Part shown: piece by piece, positions 35,732 through 38,392 of the stretch
Numbering within the stretch: position 1 is the stretch's first letter
Layout: every line of letters begins with the position of its first letter
Source of the DNA: Armatimonadota bacterium
GTDB lineage: Bacteria; Armatimonadota; Armatimonadia; Armatimonadales; Armatimonadaceae
DNA: 38,392 bases
Assembly: GCA_043754515.1 (NCBI GenBank)
Contig: JAYUUO010000138.1
Span: 1 to 38,392, forward strand
Direction of reading: 5' to 3'
Notes under the pieces: generated by a model
Databases searched by the model: none
The model's input: only the letters and a program-made list of their open reading frames with translations
What the model was told of the DNA's origin: nothing
Made by a program: the position numbers and the translations under genes

Positions 35732-36040
35732 ATGTGGATACAAACAGAGGTTCGCGGGGCGATGAGGGACGTGGAAAGCGCGGAATCGTTCCTGAACATC
35801 GCCCTGGCGAGGGAGTTGCTCGTCGAGAAACAAACCGACGGCAACTGGTATGTGATCGCCGACTTCGGTTGCCCAAATGGGGACGACTGGCAACTCCCGA
35901 CAAACTGCGGCAGTTTTCGACGGTTCGTGCGGGCGTACGAGTCGAAGCGCGAGGCGGAGAACCACCGAGACCGACTCACGAAGGCACTAAACCGGGTCGC
36001 CCGCGCGTTCACTTCGCCGAGCGAGAAAGCAGTGTTTTGA
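35732..36040 (+). CDS. Hypothetical protein inserted antisense in the lysis region
   Basis: Coherent 102-aa ORF filling the gap between two minus-strand genes. Confidence 0.45.
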   Translation: MWIQTEVRGAMRDVESAESFLNIALARELLVEKQTDGNWYVIADFGCPNGDDWQLPTNCGSFRRFVRAYESKREAENHRDRLTKALNRVARAFTSPSEKAVF

Positions 36041-36410
36041 TGTCGCCGCGCTGCTCTTTGAGGCTGTCCTTGATCTCAGCGATGTCGGCGTTCTGCTGAC
36101 GCACCTGCGCCTCGACCACCGACAGACGCTCGCCCCGGTTTTCTTTCGCGTTCTGGAACGTCGCGATCTGCGATGCCTCGGTCGCTATGTCACGGGTCTG
36201 GGCGATCTGCCCGAAGTACATCTGGATCAGGGCCCAGATCACGCACAGCGCGAGCGGGATCAGGAACTTCAGGACGTCCCAGCGGGTGGAGTGTTGCTCC
36301 CAGAACGGTTCGGGGGAAAAACGCGGCGTTTGTTCCGGGCTAGCGGTAGTCGGGGGGGGAATGCCCGTTTGTGCCTGGGCGGCTCCCCCCTGCGTGTTCA
36401 TGACGGACAT
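36009..36410 (-). CDS. Single-TM coiled-coil protein (holin/XhlA-like candidate)
   Basis: FLIPLALCVIWALIQMYF followed by RLSVVEAQV...IAEIKDSLKE...IKTLL. Confidence 0.55.
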   Translation of the reverse strand: MSVMNTQGGAAQAQTGIPPPTTASPEQTPRFSPEPFWEQHSTRWDVLKFLIPLALCVIWALIQMYFGQIAQTRDIATEASQIATFQNAKENRGERLSVVEAQVRQQNADIAEIKDSLKEQRGDIKTLLSRSAK

Positions 36411-36509
36411 GGGTGTGTCCTTTCTTTCGCGATAACTTAGTTTTGACGATTCCACGGGACACGAGAGACGCAGCGTCTCTCTCAAACGTGCGCTCGGCGA
36501 AACGGGCCG

Positions 36510-36986
36510 CTACAGGATCTGCACGATTACCGCGCCGGTGGTGGTGGTGGCGGTGAGCCCGCTGGCGTCGGTGAGGTGCCAGACTTCCTGGTAGGTGCCG
36601 GGCACGGACGTGTCGGGGGGGGACCAGTCCCGGCGCAGGAACCCGGCGACCGCCGACTCGATCACGGCCGCGCCGGTCACGACTTTCGGTACGACCGGCG
36701 CGGCGGGGAACCCGGCGGTCAGCCCCGACACCCCGATCTGGGACAGGAGGTACACCGCGACGCACCCCGAAAGGTCGAGCGGTTCGCCGTCGCCGCCCGT
36801 GATCTGGACGCGCCGCGCGGGCGCTGTGTCGCCCGAAGTCAGGCGGATGCGGGATAAAGCCGACCCGTCGCGGTTTCTCGCGATTATCCCGCCGCCTTCA
36901 ATGCCCGACAAATCGGCGGGCGTGCCGATCGCGGGCGCGGCTGGTTGCCCAGTCTGTTCGCTGGGGAATGCCGATCCGCCTATCAT
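36510..36986 (-). CDS. BppU N-terminal-like (baseplate/tail-associated Ig-like) protein
   Basis: LTSGDT.PARRVQIT...GEPLDLSG...W.P.DT..PGTY pattern. Confidence 0.6.
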   Translation of the reverse strand: MIGGSAFPSEQTGQPAAPAIGTPADLSGIEGGGIIARNRDGSALSRIRLTSGDTAPARRVQITGGDGEPLDLSGCVAVYLLSQIGVSGLTAGFPAAPVVPKVVTGAAVIESAVAGFLRRDWSPPDTSVPGTYQEVWHLTDASGLTATTTTGAVIVQIL

Positions 36987-38392
36987 TGTGCCACCGTGCC
37001 CGATCCCGGCGTGCTGACCGCCGTCATTGTCGCGCCGCCGTTGTCGGTTTTTGCGAGCGTGCCGCCGTCTGGCCGGGTCAGCGTCTGCGTCGTGGTCGTG
37101 CCCGATTTGGTCTGTGCGCCGCCGAACGCCCCGACCGAGGCCGCGATCCGCTGCACGGTCTCGCTTTTCGCCACGAACCCGGCGATCTTCTGGGCGTCCG
37201 CGTCTGAGATACCGGTCACCGGCGCGGGCGGCGTCTGGGTGCTGCCGTTTGTCACCGCCGCGCCCGCGACCGTCGCGAGCGGGTTGGGCGCGACGGCGGA
37301 GTCCGTCACGTTGCCAGTTAGGGCGTTGTAAGCAGCGGTGAGCGTCTCCGTCGAGTAGACGGGCGGCGCGACGGCGAATGTGACGACAAGCGGCGACGCC
37401 CTGACGACGCCCGACAAGTTGTGCCCGCCCGAAAGAGAAAAGCCCGCTACCGCCGCCTGGGGCAGGATCGGGGGCGAACCCGCTTCGAGGAACGTCAGCG
37501 TCAGCAGGTTCCCCGAAGCGTTGATGCTCACGCCGGTGAGTGTCGGCGCGGTGGTATCGGCCGGGTTGCTCGCGGCGTAGTTGATCGCGGCGGGCGCGGC
37601 GAGTGCCGGGTTAGCGGTCGCGGTAATGTGCTGCACTCCGGCTGCTATGGGCGTGTAGGTGAACGTCTTCGCCGACAGGTCGCCGGCCCAGGGCGCGACG
37701 GGGGAGAACGAGCCGCCCGCGCCGCCATCCGACGGGGCGATAACGCCTGCGTAGATGGCGTTCGCGGGGCCGGTCGGCGTGATCGTGAACGGCGCGGACG
37801 AGATGCCGACGATGCCCGACACCGGGCCGGACAGCGTGAAGCCGTTGGCCGGCGGCGTCAGCGCGAGCGAGATGCGCGCATAGACAGGCGCGAGCACGGC
37901 GGCGATATTATCACCCTGAACCTGTTTCGCGGGCGATCCCGGATGGATACCATCCCCAGACGCGTTCGCCGTGACAGCAATATAGGGTCCCGTCGCAACG
38001 TCTCCCAGCGACACTTTGACCCCGCCGCCCGCCGCCGCGTACTCGGTAACAAGTTCTGAACACGCCGCGCCATATTGCGCTACCGCGACCTCTGATGCCG
38101 CATTCCAGCCCCCAGCACGCGCTAGAGGCACCGATCCTGCCTGAGGCGTCACGGGCGGCGAGAGCACGATCTCCATCAGGGTCGGGATATGCGTTATCAG
38201 ACAGTCTATTTGCGCCTTGTAAATCGCCTTGACTACAGACTTAGTCTGAACCGATGGGTTTTTGGAGTCGTTTGTTCCGAGCGAATACCACAGTACCCGC
38301 GCCCCAATTGTGTTTGCACGAGTGATCACGCGGTCAAGCGGGTCGCGGCTATACCCGGAGAACTGGCTCGCTGTCCCGGGATTGTAGTTCAG
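36983..38392 (-). CDS. SGNH/GDSL-hydrolase plus beta-rich/Ig-like tail-associated protein (5' end beyond window)
   Basis: LGTND (block III) and DGIHP (block V); DTTAPTLT.V-type module; frame open to the window end. Confidence 0.65.
   Translation of the reverse strand: MNYNPGTASQFSGYSRDPLDRVITRANTIGARVLWYSLGTNDSKNPSVQTKSVVKAIYKAQIDCLITHIPTLMEIVLSPPVTPQAGSVPLARAGGWNAASEVAVAQYGAACSELVTEYAAAGGGVKVSLGDVATGPYIAVTANASGDGIHPGSPAKQVQGDNIAAVLAPVYARISLALTPPANGFTLSGPVSGIVGISSAPFTITPTGPANAIYAGVIAPSDGGAGGSFSPVAPWAGDLSAKTFTYTPIAAGVQHITATANPALAAPAAINYAASNPADTTAPTLTGVSINASGNLLTLTFLEAGSPPILPQAAVAGFSLSGGHNLSGVVRASPLVVTFAVAPPVYSTETLTAAYNALTGNVTDSAVAPNPLATVAGAAVTNGSTQTPPAPVTGISDADAQKIAGFVAKSETVQRIAASVGAFGGAQTKSGTTTTQTLTRPDGGTLAKTDNGGATMTAVSTPGSGTVAQ

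Larger units (their letters stand above)
9998..38392. mobile_element. Temperate phage / phage-plasmid-like region (right end beyond window)
   Basis: Gp37/Gp68, HAD, replication-type HTH, cro/cI switch, Gam, VRR-NUC, GH108 lysin and BppU-like genes in dense operons with overlapping start/stop codons. Confidence 0.85.

Overview
The window has two parts. Bases 1-9707 hold a complete type I-E CRISPR-Cas locus in a divergent layout. The array (cut by the window edge), cas2 and cas1 lie on the minus strand; cas3, cas8e, cas11/cse2, cas7, cas5 and cas6e lie on the plus strand. Bases ~9998-38392 are a temperate-phage-like region. It contains a long leftward early/replication operon, a cro/cI-like switch with three 17-bp operators, a cluster of exported-protein genes (some with nonsense mutations), higBA, a SWIM-Gam module, and the end of a late operon (tail-associated genes, holin-like genes, VRR-NUC, GH108 endolysin). 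No integrase lies between the lysis genes and the repressor, so this may be a phage-plasmid next to, or carrying, the CRISPR system. The most unusual signal is a family of short A-tract/CG-core/T-tract palindromes. They are strung into islands of about 20-300 bp roughly every 0.3-1.5 kb across the phage region, often in frame inside otherwise conserved proteins, and are essentially absent from the cas genes. Other notable structures are a perfect 74-bp palindrome at 12643-12716, an exact 58-bp inverted copy 21 kb apart, and an AT-rich long inverted repeat at the cas/phage junction. All calls come from reading motifs by eye; no database search was run.
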